Under the pieces are notes generated by a model. That model saw nothing but the letters and a program-made list of their open reading frames with translations. It did not search any database and was not told the DNA's origin. Shown here piece after piece: positions 26,416-36,867 of a stretch of DNA of 46,772 bases (the first letter of the stretch is position 1; each line of letters starts with the position of its first letter). This DNA comes from Gemmatimonadota bacterium (GTDB lineage: Bacteria; Gemmatimonadota; Gemmatimonadetes; Palauibacterales; KS3-K002), in contig JBDHHZ010000017.1 in the NCBI GenBank assembly GCA_039589115.1, positions 1 through 46,772 on the forward strand. Reading direction: 5' to 3'. A program made the position numbers and the translations under genes.

Positions 26416-28349
26416 AGAAGACGACGCTCGGGAAGCTCGCTTACGGCGTTCTGTTCGTAGTCGTGATCCCGGCCCTGCTGGTCTGGTGGGCCCTGGCGAC
26501 CGGCCCGACCGTGCCGCTACGCACCGTCCCCTATACTTGGGCCGGGTACATACTGATAGCCGTCGGTGTGGCATTGATGGTGGCGGGGATGGCCGCCCTC
26601 GTCGCGTACGGAAAAGGCCTGCCGATGAACCCGTACCCGCCTTCGACGTACGTGGCGTGCGGGATCTACAGGTTCACGGCGCATCCTATATATATAGGAT
26701 GCGTCGTGTCGTGCTTCGGTGTAGCAATGCTGCTCGAGTCGCCCAGCGGGCTCTGGCTGGTATCGCCGATGGTGGCACTGGGGCTCACCGCACTCGCGTT
26801 GGGATACGAGCGGCACGATCTTCGTCGACGCTTCGGTAGGGAAGCGATTCACGTACCGCTCGTGTCGCTGCCTCCAGATCGCCGCGACCCGCCGACGTCT
26901 TGGAACCGGGCGTCGATCTACCTGCTCGTGCTCATTCCGTGGGCGGTTGCGTACGAGGCTGTGTACCGCCTCGGCGTACCGACAGACGCTATCGTCGCTC
27001 ATCTGCCCTTCGAGCGAGACTGGCCGGTTCTCGAGTGGACCGAGGCGATCTATGGGAGCGTGTACGCCTTCGTCCTGGCCACGCCGCTGATCCTGCGAAG
27101 ACGATGCGACTTGCGCCGATTCGCGGAGTTGGGGCTGATAGCGACCGCCGTGGTGACCCTGATCTACATCACCGTGCCGGTGATTGCGCCGCCGCGCTTC
27201 TTCGAGCCGCAGACGTTTCTCGGCCGCGCGCTGATGTTCGAGCGATCCATGTCGCACACGGTCGCTGCCTTTCCCGCCTTTCACGCCATCTGGAGCTTCA
27301 TCGTCGCCGACGGGTGGGCGCGGCGCGGCCGGACCTGGGGCGTCGCCGGTTGGACCTGGGCGATCCTCATCGCCCTCAGTTGCATCACGACGGGCATGCA
27401 CGCACTGGTCGACATCGCCGCGGCTGCGATCGTATTCATAGTCCTGCTGCAGTGGCGCCGCGTTTGGCGACTATTGCGCCGAGCCGCGGAGGCCGTCGCC
27501 AACTCATGGCGCGAGTGGCGTTGGCGCGGCGTCCGGGTCATCAACCATGGCCTGTACGCCGGCTTGGCTGGCGCCGTGGGCTTCTGGATCTCAGCTTCGC
27601 TGGGCGGCCCGGACGTCTACTGGCAGCTGGTGTTCGTGCACTTGTGCGGCCTGGCGGGCGCGGCTCTGTGGGCGCAGAAGCTGGAGGGGTCCTCGAAGCT
27701 GTCCCGCCCGTTCGGGTACTACGGCGGCGTGATCGGTGTCTTGACCGCTGTGATCGTCGCCGGTCGGTTAGGCGGCAATACGATCTTTCTTCTCGCCCTC
27801 GTCGCGATTGAGGGGCCGTGGTTACAGGCGCTCGGCAGACTGCGCTGCCTGGTTCAGGGATGTTGCCACGGGTCCGAAGCCCCGGAGGAGATAGGCATCC
27901 GTTACTGGATGCCACGTTCCCGCGTCTGCACATTGGCCGAGCTAAGAGGCGTTCCCCTCCATCCCACGCCACTCTACTCCATACTGGCGAACGTCGTGAC
28001 CGGGGTGCTCCTGCTACGACTGTGGTCGCTGGGAGTGTCATACGCTCTCATCGCCGGCACCTATCTCATCCTCGCCGGCCTCGCCCGCTTCGTCGAAGAG
28101 TCGTACCGCGGCGAGCCTCAGACGCCGATCGTCGGCGGGCTGCGCGTCTACCAGTGGATGGCCGTGCTTTCGGCCACCCTCGGCATCCTGATCACGACCC
28201 TCCCCGGCGGCGGACCGCCGAGCCTCATCTTCGCGCTCGACTCGAGAGTCGCTGTGAGCGCCGCCCTGTACGGCCTGCTGGCCGGCTTTGCCATGGGCGT
28301 CGACTTCCCCGGCTCCGCTCGGCGGTTCGCCCGGCTGGCATCGCCCTGA
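26412..28349 (+). CDS. Membrane triple fusion: PEMT/ICMT-like methyltransferase, PAP2-like phosphotransferase and Lgt-like domain
   Basis: GLPMNPYPP..V..GIYRFTAHPIYIG...YE (PEMT); AAFPAFH...SCITTGMHALVD (PAP2); FGYYGG, QALGRLRC...GCCHG, HPTPLY and ARFVEESYR (Lgt). Confidence 0.85.
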   Translation: MKKTTLGKLAYGVLFVVVIPALLVWWALATGPTVPLRTVPYTWAGYILIAVGVALMVAGMAALVAYGKGLPMNPYPPSTYVACGIYRFTAHPIYIGCVVSCFGVAMLLESPSGLWLVSPMVALGLTALALGYERHDLRRRFGREAIHVPLVSLPPDRRDPPTSWNRASIYLLVLIPWAVAYEAVYRLGVPTDAIVAHLPFERDWPVLEWTEAIYGSVYAFVLATPLILRRRCDLRRFAELGLIATAVVTLIYITVPVIAPPRFFEPQTFLGRALMFERSMSHTVAAFPAFHAIWSFIVADGWARRGRTWGVAGWTWAILIALSCITTGMHALVDIAAAAIVFIVLLQWRRVWRLLRRAAEAVANSWREWRWRGVRVINHGLYAGLAGAVGFWISASLGGPDVYWQLVFVHLCGLAGAALWAQKLEGSSKLSRPFGYYGGVIGVLTAVIVAGRLGGNTIFLLALVAIEGPWLQALGRLRCLVQGCCHGSEAPEEIGIRYWMPRSRVCTLAELRGVPLHPTPLYSILANVVTGVLLLRLWSLGVSYALIAGTYLILAGLARFVEESYRGEPQTPIVGGLRVYQWMAVLSATLGILITTLPGGGPPSLIFALDSRVAVSAALYGLLAGFAMGVDFPGSARRFARLASP

Positions 28350-28425
28350 ATTGACCCTTCAGCAGTCGTCGAGCGGGGCTTAGCGTCCTGATACCTTGAC
28401 ATTCGACAACAAGCTCATCACTATT

Positions 28426-28438
28426 GTAGACAATCTAG
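28426..28438. promoter_or_regulatory. Putative PadR operator
   Basis: GTAGA-CAA-TCTAG palindrome between TTGACA (28396) and the padR RBS. Confidence 0.6.
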
Positions 28439-28464
28439 GCATCGAACACTTACGGAGGCGAATC

Positions 28465-28800
28465 GTGGCGCGTTCCAAGACCGATCTGCTGCAGGGCACG
28501 CTCGACATGCTGATCCTCAAGACGCTGGCGCTGGGGAAGCTGCATGGCTGGGGCATCTCGAAGCGGATCCAACAAATGTCGCGTGGTGCGCTGGAAGTGA
28601 ACCAGGGCTCACTCTACCCGGCGCTATACCGGCTGGAGGACCGCGGGTTCATCGAAGCGGAGTGGGGGATTTCGCCGGAGGGACGCCGCGCGAAGTTCTA
28701 CATGCTGACCGACGCGGGGAAGAGATCTCTTCGGGAAGAGAAGCGATCCTGGAAGCTCTTCTCGGAAGCGGTCGAGCTGATCTTGCAGACGAGTCAGTAG
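28465..28800 (+). CDS. PadR-family regulator (Acidobacteria type, linked to ADOP permeases)
   Basis: GTG 28465 with GGAGG RBS; DLLQGTLDMLILKTL, HGWGI, QGSLYPALYRLE and RRAKFY.LT. Confidence 0.94.
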   Translation: MARSKTDLLQGTLDMLILKTLALGKLHGWGISKRIQQMSRGALEVNQGSLYPALYRLEDRGFIEAEWGISPEGRRAKFYMLTDAGKRSLREEKRSWKLFSEAVELILQTSQ

Positions 28801-28836
28801 GAGCGGTCGAGCTGATCTTGCAGACGAGTCAGTAGG
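28767..28836 (+). repeat. Perfect 35-bp tandem duplication of the padR 3' end
   Basis: AGCGGTCGAGCTGATCTTGCAGACGAGTCAGTAGG at 28767-28801 and 28802-28836. Confidence 0.95.
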
Positions 28837-28850
28837 TCGAAGAGGGTCAT

Positions 28851-31487
28851 ATGATGATGGAATGGATCAGAATGATAGGCCGCCGCGCTCGCATCGTGCT
28901 GAACTGGAGGCGGGTGGAGCGCGAGATGGATGAGGAGATGCGTCTCCACATCGAGCTGGAGATAGAGGATCTAGTGGGGCGCGGGCTGAGCCGAGAGGAG
29001 GCGCGGCGCGAAGCGCTGCTGAGGTTCGGTGGAGTCGAGCGCTATAAGGAGCGGGGTCGCGAGGCTCGCGGGGCGCGTCTGTTGGTCGACTTGGGGCAAG
29101 ATCTGCGCTACGCGATTCGCATGCTCAGGAAGAACCCTGGGTTCACTGCTGTGACGATACTGACGCTGGCGCTGGGTATCGGTGCGACGACAGCGATCTT
29201 CAGCGTTGTCGACGGTGTGCTCTTGAAGCCATTGCCGTATCCGGAGCAGGACAGGTTGGTGGTCATCTTCGAGCAGAACAGCCCATCGAATCGCTGGCCG
29301 CTATCGGTGGTTGACTACCAGGCGGCCGAAGCGCAGCAGCGGTCTTTTGATAGGCTGAGCGGCCTTGCACGCAGTAGAGCGATCCTGACGGGCGGGGAGC
29401 AACCCGAGCGAGTCAGGGTGGGCCGGGTGACGGCGGACTGGTTCAACACTCTGGGCGTACACCCTGCTGAAGGCCGGGGCTTCCTCCCGGGCGAGGATCG
29501 TCCCGGTGCCGAGTTAGTGGCCGTGATAAGTCACGCGTTCCGCGAAAGCCACTTCGGACTGGGCGCCGAAGCGGTAGGCCGGACGCTCGTGCTGGACGGC
29601 GACAGCTATACCGTTGTGGGAGTGTTGCCGCGCGGCGTTGAGTCGCTGGTAGGTTGGCGAGCCGACATCTGGCCCATCCTACAATTGCAGCCGCCGCCGC
29701 GCAGGGGCCCGTTTTTCATTCAGACTGTCGCGCGCCTGCGCAGCGGGGTCTCGCTGGACGATGCGGCCGGCGACCTGGCTCAGGTGAGCGAACGCATCTT
29801 TCCCATTTGGGCCGACACTTTTCAAGATCAAGAGGCACGCCTGACCCCGTTCCCTCTGAGGGACGTCATGGTTGGGAACCTCGGAGGCCCGCTCTTCATG
29901 CTCCTCGGCGCGGTGGGCTTCGTCCTGTTGATCGCTCTGGCCAACGTGGCGAACCTGCAGTTGGCACGCGCCACCGTACGCGAGCGAGAGGTCGCGCTGC
30001 GGACCTCCCTGGGGGCCACGCGGGGCCGCCTGACCCGTCAGTTGCTGGTCGAGAGCACGACCCTCGCGGTTCTCGGTGGTCTGGCCGGCCTGTCCCTCGC
30101 TGTGCTGGCTCTGGACGCGCTGCTCAGCATGGGCCCACAACTGCCGCGGCTCAACGAGGTGAGTCTAGACGGGAGGGTGCTCGCGTTCACCGCCACGCTC
30201 ACCGTCCTCAGCGGCGTGCTCTTCGGTCTCGCTCCGCTGGTCCACGGGCTCTCGTCCGATCTTGCCGGCACCTTGCGGAGCGCCGGCCGCGTGGGATCGG
30301 AAGGGAAGAGGTCGGGCGCTTTGCGCAGCGCGCTGGTCACGGCGGAGTTCGCGCTCGCGCTACCGCTTCTGGTAGGTGCCGCGCTGTTGTTCACGAGCTT
30401 GGGGCGGCTGCAGAACGTGGATGCCGGAATCGATCCCGAGAACCTTCTGCTGGCTAGGGTGTCGGCACCGGCCGCCAAGTATCCCGACGGCGCATCCGTT
30501 CAGCAGCTGTGGCGGCTCGCGCTTCCCAGGCTCGCCGAGATGCCTGGCGTGGCGGCCGTCGGGATAGGGTCGGGAGTGCCGCCGAACAACCCAGGCATGA
30601 TCAACAACTTCGATCTGGTGGACAGACCTGTTCCGCCGGGCAGCAGTCAGCCGGCGGTGCCCTGGATAGTGGTTTCTCCGGGGTTCTTCGATGCCATGGG
30701 CATTCGCCTGCTCAGAGGACGAACACCTGACGAGACGGACACGTCGGACAGTCCGCGAGTCGTGGCGGTGAGCAGCGCTTGGGCGGCGCGGTTCTATCCC
30801 GGTGAACAAGTCGTGGGTAGACAGCTGTACGCGGGCGGCAACATGACGAACCCGGTGACCATCGTCGGTGTGGTGACCGATGTGAAGTACAGCGGCCTCG
30901 CCAGCGTCGATCAGAGCGCGGTGTACGAGTCGTACACCCAAAACGCTTGGCGCTCACCCAATCTCGTCGTCCGCGGCAGAGGTGCGTCGGTGACCGCGGC
31001 GCTGGTGCGGAACGAGATCAACGCAGTGGACCCCGATGTGCCGCTGACCGAAGTGCAGACGATGCGGGAACAGCTGGCGGCATCGGTCAGCCGGCCGAGA
31101 TACTGGGCGACGCTGGTCGCCATCTTCGCCGCGGTCGGCGTCGCCCTCGCTGCGGTGGGGATCTACGGTGTCCTGTCCTATTTCGTCAGCAAGCAGACGC
31201 GCGACATCGGAATCCGCATGGCGCTGGGGGCGGACCCGTCAGCGGTGCGGCGCATGGTCGTCCGTCGCGGAATGGTCCAGGCGGCCATCGGTCTCGGCGT
31301 CGGGCTCGCCGCAACTCTGTATCTGACGCGATTACTGGAGGGTCTGCTGTTCGAGGTTTCCGCCACGGATCCGGCGACGTTCGGTGCGGTATCTCTGTTA
31401 CTGCTGGGCGTGGCGTTCGCGGCCTGCTATCAGCCGGCGCGGCGCGCGACCAAGGTCGATCCTGTTAGTGTCCTTACGGAGGAGTAA
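28851..31487 (+). CDS. ADOP/MacB-type permease with an N-terminal permease-prefix domain
   Basis: [11 protein letters not shown]...[12 protein letters not shown] prefix; [15 protein letters not shown]; IGIRMALGA; [10 protein letters not shown]. Confidence 0.95.
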   Translation: MMMEWIRMIGRRARIVLNWRRVEREMDEEMRLHIELEIEDLVGRGLSREEARREALLRFGGVERYKERGREARGARLLVDLGQDLRYAIRMLRKNPGFTAVTILTLALGIGATTAIFSVVDGVLLKPLPYPEQDRLVVIFEQNSPSNRWPLSVVDYQAAEAQQRSFDRLSGLARSRAILTGGEQPERVRVGRVTADWFNTLGVHPAEGRGFLPGEDRPGAELVAVISHAFRESHFGLGAEAVGRTLVLDGDSYTVVGVLPRGVESLVGWRADIWPILQLQPPPRRGPFFIQTVARLRSGVSLDDAAGDLAQVSERIFPIWADTFQDQEARLTPFPLRDVMVGNLGGPLFMLLGAVGFVLLIALANVANLQLARATVREREVALRTSLGATRGRLTRQLLVESTTLAVLGGLAGLSLAVLALDALLSMGPQLPRLNEVSLDGRVLAFTATLTVLSGVLFGLAPLVHGLSSDLAGTLRSAGRVGSEGKRSGALRSALVTAEFALALPLLVGAALLFTSLGRLQNVDAGIDPENLLLARVSAPAAKYPDGASVQQLWRLALPRLAEMPGVAAVGIGSGVPPNNPGMINNFDLVDRPVPPGSSQPAVPWIVVSPGFFDAMGIRLLRGRTPDETDTSDSPRVVAVSSAWAARFYPGEQVVGRQLYAGGNMTNPVTIVGVVTDVKYSGLASVDQSAVYESYTQNAWRSPNLVVRGRGASVTAALVRNEINAVDPDVPLTEVQTMREQLAASVSRPRYWATLVAIFAAVGVALAAVGIYGVLSYFVSKQTRDIGIRMALGADPSAVRRMVVRRGMVQAAIGLGVGLAATLYLTRLLEGLLFEVSATDPATFGAVSLLLLGVAFAACYQPARRATKVDPVSVLTEE

Positions 31488-31690
31488 GGAGGTGCCGACC
31501 GGTCAGGTCGGCCCATAGAACGAAGACTTTGAATCCCCCGTATCGCTGGTCCTCAGACCCATCGTCCCCACGAAACCTGGGACCCTCCGTGAAACGTAGA
31601 GATCATGAGGCGGCGGTCCCCGCAATCTGGGGTGCGAGCCAGCCGCGTGCGTAGGCTGCGAGTCAACGACGGCATGGATGAGACCTGACC

Positions 31691-34084
31691 ATGGATAGGA
31701 TCTGGCAAGATGTGAAGTACGGCCTTCGTGCGCTCCGTAGAGGCAAAGGCCTCATAGCGATTGCCGTGCTCTCTCTGGGCATCGGCATCGGCGCCAACGT
31801 CAGCATCTTCAGTGCCGTGGACGTGTTCATGCTCCGTCCTTTGCCCTATCCCGATTCCGACGACCTCTACGCGGCGTACACGACCAATCTCGAGAGAGGT
31901 TGGAACCGGGTCTCCTACTCGGTACCCGACTTCCTCGACTTGCGCGAGCGCAGCCAAACCATCGGTGTCGCCGCACTCAACGGGGCGAGCTTCAACCTTT
32001 CGGGTGGCGACCGGCCCGAGCGGCTGCGAGGTCAGGTGGTCAGCGCGGACTTCTTCCAGGTTCTCGGAGTGGGTCCGGCGATGGGCCGCGGCTTCACGCC
32101 GGAGGAAGAGCGCGAGGGCCTGAACCATGTAGCGATCATCAGCGACGGGCTCTGGCAACGGCGGTTCGGAGCCGATCCGAACGTGCTGGGTAGCACAGTG
32201 CTCCTGGACGGTGAAGTCCACACGATCATCGGCGTGATGCCGCCGAAGTTCTGGTTCGGCTGGCCGGGCAACGAGATCTGGGCTCCAATCGGCATCACCG
32301 GCGAGGAAGCGCGCAACAGTCATTATCTGGACGTCCTGGTGCGAGTGGGCGGCGGCACGTCGAAGGATCTAGCTCAGCAGGAGGTCCAGCGTATCGCGGA
32401 GCAGCTGGCCGTCGAGTTCCCCGAGTCCAACAGAAACAACGGCGGGACCTTGATCACGTTGCATGAGCGTGTCTTTGGTGAGGGATTCAAGATGGGCACG
32501 CTGATCTCGACTGTAGCCGTTCTGTTCCTGCTCCTCATCGCCTGTGCCAACGTCGCGAACTTGCTGCTCACACATGCCGCGGGTCGCGATCGCGAAGTTG
32601 CCGTGCGCAACGCGCTCGGCGCGGACCGTACCCGCATCGTCCGTCAGTTCCTCACCGAAGCGGCGATCATATCCGTGATGGGTGGGCTGCTTGGACTCGC
32701 CCTCTCCGTCATCGGCATCCGCGCGCTCGTTTCGGTCATGCCCGGGTGGTTTCCCCGCGTCGACGAGATCGGCTTGGACGGGCGCGTCCTGCTCTACGCC
32801 GCCGGGGTCTCGCTGCTGACCAGCATACTGGTCGGCCTGGCGCCGGCTCTTCAGAGCTCCAAGCCGAACACGACGGAGACCCTCAAAGAAGGCGGAAGGG
32901 GAGGCACGGCCGGCAAGAGCATGCGCCTCAGAAAGGCGCTGGTCGTGGGTGAGGTGTCGCTGACTCTGGTCCTGCTCGTCTCATCGGCTCTTCTGGTGCA
33001 AGCGTTCGTGCGCGTTCGCCTGGCCGATCTCGGGTTCGACCAGTCGGACGTTCTCACTCTGCGAGTCGCGCTTCCAGAAAACGACTACCCTGACACCGTT
33101 GCCGTAGGGGCCTTCCACGAGCGGCTCGCGTCGCGCATCGCGTCCATCCCAGGCGTCGAGGCCGTGGGCGCGACCTCGATCTTTCCCCTCCAAGGGAACA
33201 GCGCGACGTATTACTGGCTTCCCGGTGAAGTGATCGAGGACGACTCGCAGCGGAAGATAGCCAACTACCGGTACGTACTGCCCGGGTACTTCGCCGCTAT
33301 GGATGTCCCCGTGGTCCGCGGTCGCGGTCTCGAGGAAGGTGACCGGGCGGGCATGCGCCTCGTCACCGTGATCGACGAGACGATGGCCGAGAAGCACTGG
33401 CCCGAGAGCGACCCTATCGGGCAGCAGATCGAGTTGTACTCGGGGCCCCGCGAGATCGTTGGGGTGGTGGCCGACACCAGGCTCAACGGAGCCGGCAGCA
33501 CCATGCGGCCCATGGTCTACTTGGCCGCCATGCAGACGACTTCGCGCAGCCTCGGCTGGGTGATCGAGACCCGGGTGCCGCCGCAGAGCATCGTCGAGGC
33601 CGTACGGGCCGAGGTCCGCTCCATCGATCCCAACATTCCCGCTTACAGCGTCCGATCGATGCGAGCGATGATCGATGAGACCCTGGGTGGCGACACGATC
33701 ATGGCGAAGATCATGGGGGTGGTGGCGGTGATCGCTCTCGTCCTATCGCTGGCCGGCGTGTACGGCGTGATGGCCTACACCGTCTCGCAGCGAACTCAGG
33801 AGCTCGGCATCCGCATCGCGCTGGGAGCACAGACCGGTGATGTCCTGTCCATGGTCGTGCGGCAGGGCGCGCTGCTCGCCTTCATCGGCGTGGTCGTGGG
33901 CATCGGCGTGGCCCTCGGCGTCACCCGCGGCCTCTCGTTCTTCTTGTTCGATGTCAGCCCCTTCGACCCGTTGACCTTCGGAGCGGTGGCGATAGCGTTG
34001 CTCGTTGCCGGACTGGTCGCGACGTACTTCCCGGCACGCCGCGCGACGAGGGTGGATCCGATAGTGGCCTTGCGGGCGGAATAA
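31691..34084 (+). CDS. ADOP/MacB-type permease
   Basis: QDVKYGLRAL, LIACANVANLLL, ELGIRIALGA and PARRATRVDP. Confidence 0.95.
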   Translation: MDRIWQDVKYGLRALRRGKGLIAIAVLSLGIGIGANVSIFSAVDVFMLRPLPYPDSDDLYAAYTTNLERGWNRVSYSVPDFLDLRERSQTIGVAALNGASFNLSGGDRPERLRGQVVSADFFQVLGVGPAMGRGFTPEEEREGLNHVAIISDGLWQRRFGADPNVLGSTVLLDGEVHTIIGVMPPKFWFGWPGNEIWAPIGITGEEARNSHYLDVLVRVGGGTSKDLAQQEVQRIAEQLAVEFPESNRNNGGTLITLHERVFGEGFKMGTLISTVAVLFLLLIACANVANLLLTHAAGRDREVAVRNALGADRTRIVRQFLTEAAIISVMGGLLGLALSVIGIRALVSVMPGWFPRVDEIGLDGRVLLYAAGVSLLTSILVGLAPALQSSKPNTTETLKEGGRGGTAGKSMRLRKALVVGEVSLTLVLLVSSALLVQAFVRVRLADLGFDQSDVLTLRVALPENDYPDTVAVGAFHERLASRIASIPGVEAVGATSIFPLQGNSATYYWLPGEVIEDDSQRKIANYRYVLPGYFAAMDVPVVRGRGLEEGDRAGMRLVTVIDETMAEKHWPESDPIGQQIELYSGPREIVGVVADTRLNGAGSTMRPMVYLAAMQTTSRSLGWVIETRVPPQSIVEAVRAEVRSIDPNIPAYSVRSMRAMIDETLGGDTIMAKIMGVVAVIALVLSLAGVYGVMAYTVSQRTQELGIRIALGAQTGDVLSMVVRQGALLAFIGVVVGIGVALGVTRGLSFFLFDVSPFDPLTFGAVAIALLVAGLVATYFPARRATRVDPIVALRAE

Positions 34085-34089
34085 CTACT

Positions 34090-34249
34090 CGACAGCCGAC
34101 AGCCGTTAGCCGACAATCGACATTCGAGTACTTCCCGACGATCGAGTCCCGACGGCCGGCGTCCAATGCTCGGCGTACATCGAACGTAGGACGTGGAACG
34201 TCGAAAACCGAGTTGTACTCGGCTGTCGTATGTCGGCTGTCGGATGTTG
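34090..34249. repeat. Heptamer-array palindromic element, copy 1
   Basis: (CGACANN)n-CGAGTAC(34125)...GTACTCG(34215)-(NNTGTCG)n between convergent genes. Confidence 0.88.
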
Positions 34250-34259
34250 TGAAGTAACC

Positions 34260-36686
34260 CTACTCCGCCGTCAGCGCCGACACCGGATCGACCTGTGTCA
34301 CGCGGCGCGCCGGAACGAAGCTCGCCGCCAGGCCGGTCAGGGCCATGGCCAGCGTTACGGTTAGGAACACGCTGAGATCCCTCGTATTCACATCGTAAAG
34401 GATGAACTGAAGTGGGCCGGCGACCAGGGCGGCCAGTCCGATGCCGATCGCCAGGCCGATGCCTAGCTGGATGACTCCCCGTCTCATGACCAGCCTGACG
34501 AGGCTCGGGCCGTCGGCGCCGAGCGCCATCCGGATCCCCATCTCCTGCCTACGTCGGCTGACGGCGAACGACATGACGCCGTAGAGGCCGACGACGGCGA
34601 GGAAAAGGGCCACGAAGCCGAAGACCACGAACACGGAGCCGAACAGCCAGTAGATCCAGGTCTCCCTGGCGATCACCTCCTTCATCGACAGGACTTCGTA
34701 GATTGGGAGGTTAGTGTCGAGCGACTGGACAGCAGCGCGGATGTCCGGTGTTATCGACATCGGCGCGCCGCGGGTTCGTACGGCGATGCTGACCAGCGTG
34801 CCCACCGGGCTCTGTGAGATGGGCATGTAGTAGCCGGCCGGGCTGGCGTTCTGGTTCTCCATGCCCTCCATCTTCATGTCCGGCACCACGCCGACCACCG
34901 TCATCCATGCCAACGCTGTGTCACCGGTGATGATCCGCATGCGCCGGCCGAGGGCATCGCCCTCGCTGAAGAAGGTGCGGACGAAAGTCTCGTTGACGAT
35001 TGCCACCGGAGGGCTCGCGCCGTGGTCCGTCGCGGTGAAGGCCCGACCCTCCAGTACGGGCGCCTGGAAGGTCTCGAAGTAGCCTGGGGTTACTATGCCT
35101 TCCCGGGCGAACGGCAGATCGTCCTCGGAGGCGTACGACTCGCCATCGATCTCGAAGACCCGCGTCCCGTTTCCGGCGGCCGGTAGCCCATCGGAAAGGG
35201 TCACCGCCTCGACGCTGGGGATGGCCCGTAGCCTCGGCAGCAGGTCCTCGTAGAACTGGATTCGGCGGTCGGGATTGGGATACTCCTCAGCCGGCAGGCG
35301 GAGCCGCGCCGTGAATACGCTCTCGGTGGCGAACGGAAGGTCCTCCGTTATCAGCCGGGTGACGCTTTTGGTCATCAGGCCCGCCAGGACGAGCAAGCCG
35401 CACGACAGTGCGATCTCGGTGACGACGAGAGCGGCGCTGAACCTGCTCATGCGGAAGCTCGCTGATCCCCGGCCCTCATCTTTGAGCGCTTCGCTGACGT
35501 GCACGCCTGTGGCGCGGAGCGCCGGGATCAGCCCCGAGACGAGGCAGGAGAGCATAACCATCGAGGCTACGAAGAGCACGACCCGGTAGTCTGGGTCGAA
35601 CGTGATCCAGAACGGTGGCGGATCGAGGATCGCCATCCTGTCGATCCATACGACCCCGGCCCGGCCGATGGCGTACCCGAGGACGCCGCCGATGCTCGAG
35701 AGAATCAACAGTTCGGTCATGAACTGTGCGATGATCCGCCCGCGGCCGGCCCCGAGCGCCGTGCGCACCGCCACCTCGCGAGTACGTGTCGTCGCTCTGG
35801 CGAGCAACAGGTTGGCAACGTTGGCACAGGCGATTAGCAGCACGCCGATCACGGCGCCGAGCATCGTGTAGACCATCCCCCCCATCCGGGGGTTTATGAG
35901 ATCGGGGAACGGCAGCAGAGTCGCGCCGATTCCCTCATTCGTCTCCGGATACTCGAGCTCGAGCCGCCGGGCGATGGTCGCAAACTCAGCACGCGCCTCA
36001 TCCAGCGTGACATCATCTCTCAGTCGCGCGACGCCGATGTAGCTTGGGCCCTCTCCCCGCTCATAGGCGCTCGGCTCGAGCACCTCCGGAATCCAGAGCT
36101 GCTCTTGGTCCGGGAACCTGAAACCGTCGGGCGCCACGCCGACGATCGTTCGCGTGGTGCTGTTGGCGCGGACCGTTCTCCCGATCACGTCCGGCGAACC
36201 GCCGTAGCGGTCCTGCCAGACGTCGTAGCCGATGACGATCACCGGCTCGGCACCGGGCCGGTCGTCTCCTTCCAGGAGCAAGCGGCCGAGCTCCGGCTGG
36301 ACACGAAGCAGGTCGAACAGGTTGGCCGTCGTGAACGCTCCCGTGTGTCGTTCCGGGCGCCCCTCGCTGCCAGCCAGGTTCACCGTCCTGATAGCGACCA
36401 CCTCGAACGCCTCGAGCGTCGACTGCTGCTCCCGCCAGTCCACGAAGTCGTGAACGCCGATGTTGCCGAACCGGACGCTGGCGATAAGGTCGGTCGTCCC
36501 GACGGCCACGATTCGGTCGCCCTCCGGGAACGGCAGCCCTTTGTACATCGCGCCGTTCACCCAGCTGAAGACCGTGGTGGTGACGCTGATACCCAGGGCG
36601 AACGTGATGATGATGATTGCTGAGAGTCCCGGACGCTTGAGCAGCATCCGTAGGGCGAAGCCGATATCCCTGCGCAGTTGATCCAT
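34260..36686 (-). CDS. ADOP/MacB-type permease
   Basis: [38 protein letters not shown] and PARRVTQVDP. Confidence 0.95.
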   Translation of the reverse strand: MDQLRRDIGFALRMLLKRPGLSAIIIITFALGISVTTTVFSWVNGAMYKGLPFPEGDRIVAVGTTDLIASVRFGNIGVHDFVDWREQQSTLEAFEVVAIRTVNLAGSEGRPERHTGAFTTANLFDLLRVQPELGRLLLEGDDRPGAEPVIVIGYDVWQDRYGGSPDVIGRTVRANSTTRTIVGVAPDGFRFPDQEQLWIPEVLEPSAYERGEGPSYIGVARLRDDVTLDEARAEFATIARRLELEYPETNEGIGATLLPFPDLINPRMGGMVYTMLGAVIGVLLIACANVANLLLARATTRTREVAVRTALGAGRGRIIAQFMTELLILSSIGGVLGYAIGRAGVVWIDRMAILDPPPFWITFDPDYRVVLFVASMVMLSCLVSGLIPALRATGVHVSEALKDEGRGSASFRMSRFSAALVVTEIALSCGLLVLAGLMTKSVTRLITEDLPFATESVFTARLRLPAEEYPNPDRRIQFYEDLLPRLRAIPSVEAVTLSDGLPAAGNGTRVFEIDGESYASEDDLPFAREGIVTPGYFETFQAPVLEGRAFTATDHGASPPVAIVNETFVRTFFSEGDALGRRMRIITGDTALAWMTVVGVVPDMKMEGMENQNASPAGYYMPISQSPVGTLVSIAVRTRGAPMSITPDIRAAVQSLDTNLPIYEVLSMKEVIARETWIYWLFGSVFVVFGFVALFLAVVGLYGVMSFAVSRRRQEMGIRMALGADGPSLVRLVMRRGVIQLGIGLAIGIGLAALVAGPLQFILYDVNTRDLSVFLTVTLAMALTGLAASFVPARRVTQVDPVSALTAE

Positions 36687-36867
36687 GTCATGCCGCTGGC
36701 TGAGTGAAGCTGAGGCTCGCGCTTCTGGCTAGCACTACGAACGAGTGGCCTGGCGGGTTTCCTGTTGCCGGCCGATTGGCCGGGCGTCTCGATAATGCCT
36801 AGTTTGGGAGAACACGGTCGGTTATGACTGATCAACCGAACTCGCTCGCTTGGGGGAACCAAGTGCC

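Noticed and set aside
31570-31605. ECF-sigma-like GAAACC...CGTA promoter upstream of the third permease
   Set aside because: Spacing is off consensus and there is no corroborating evidence.
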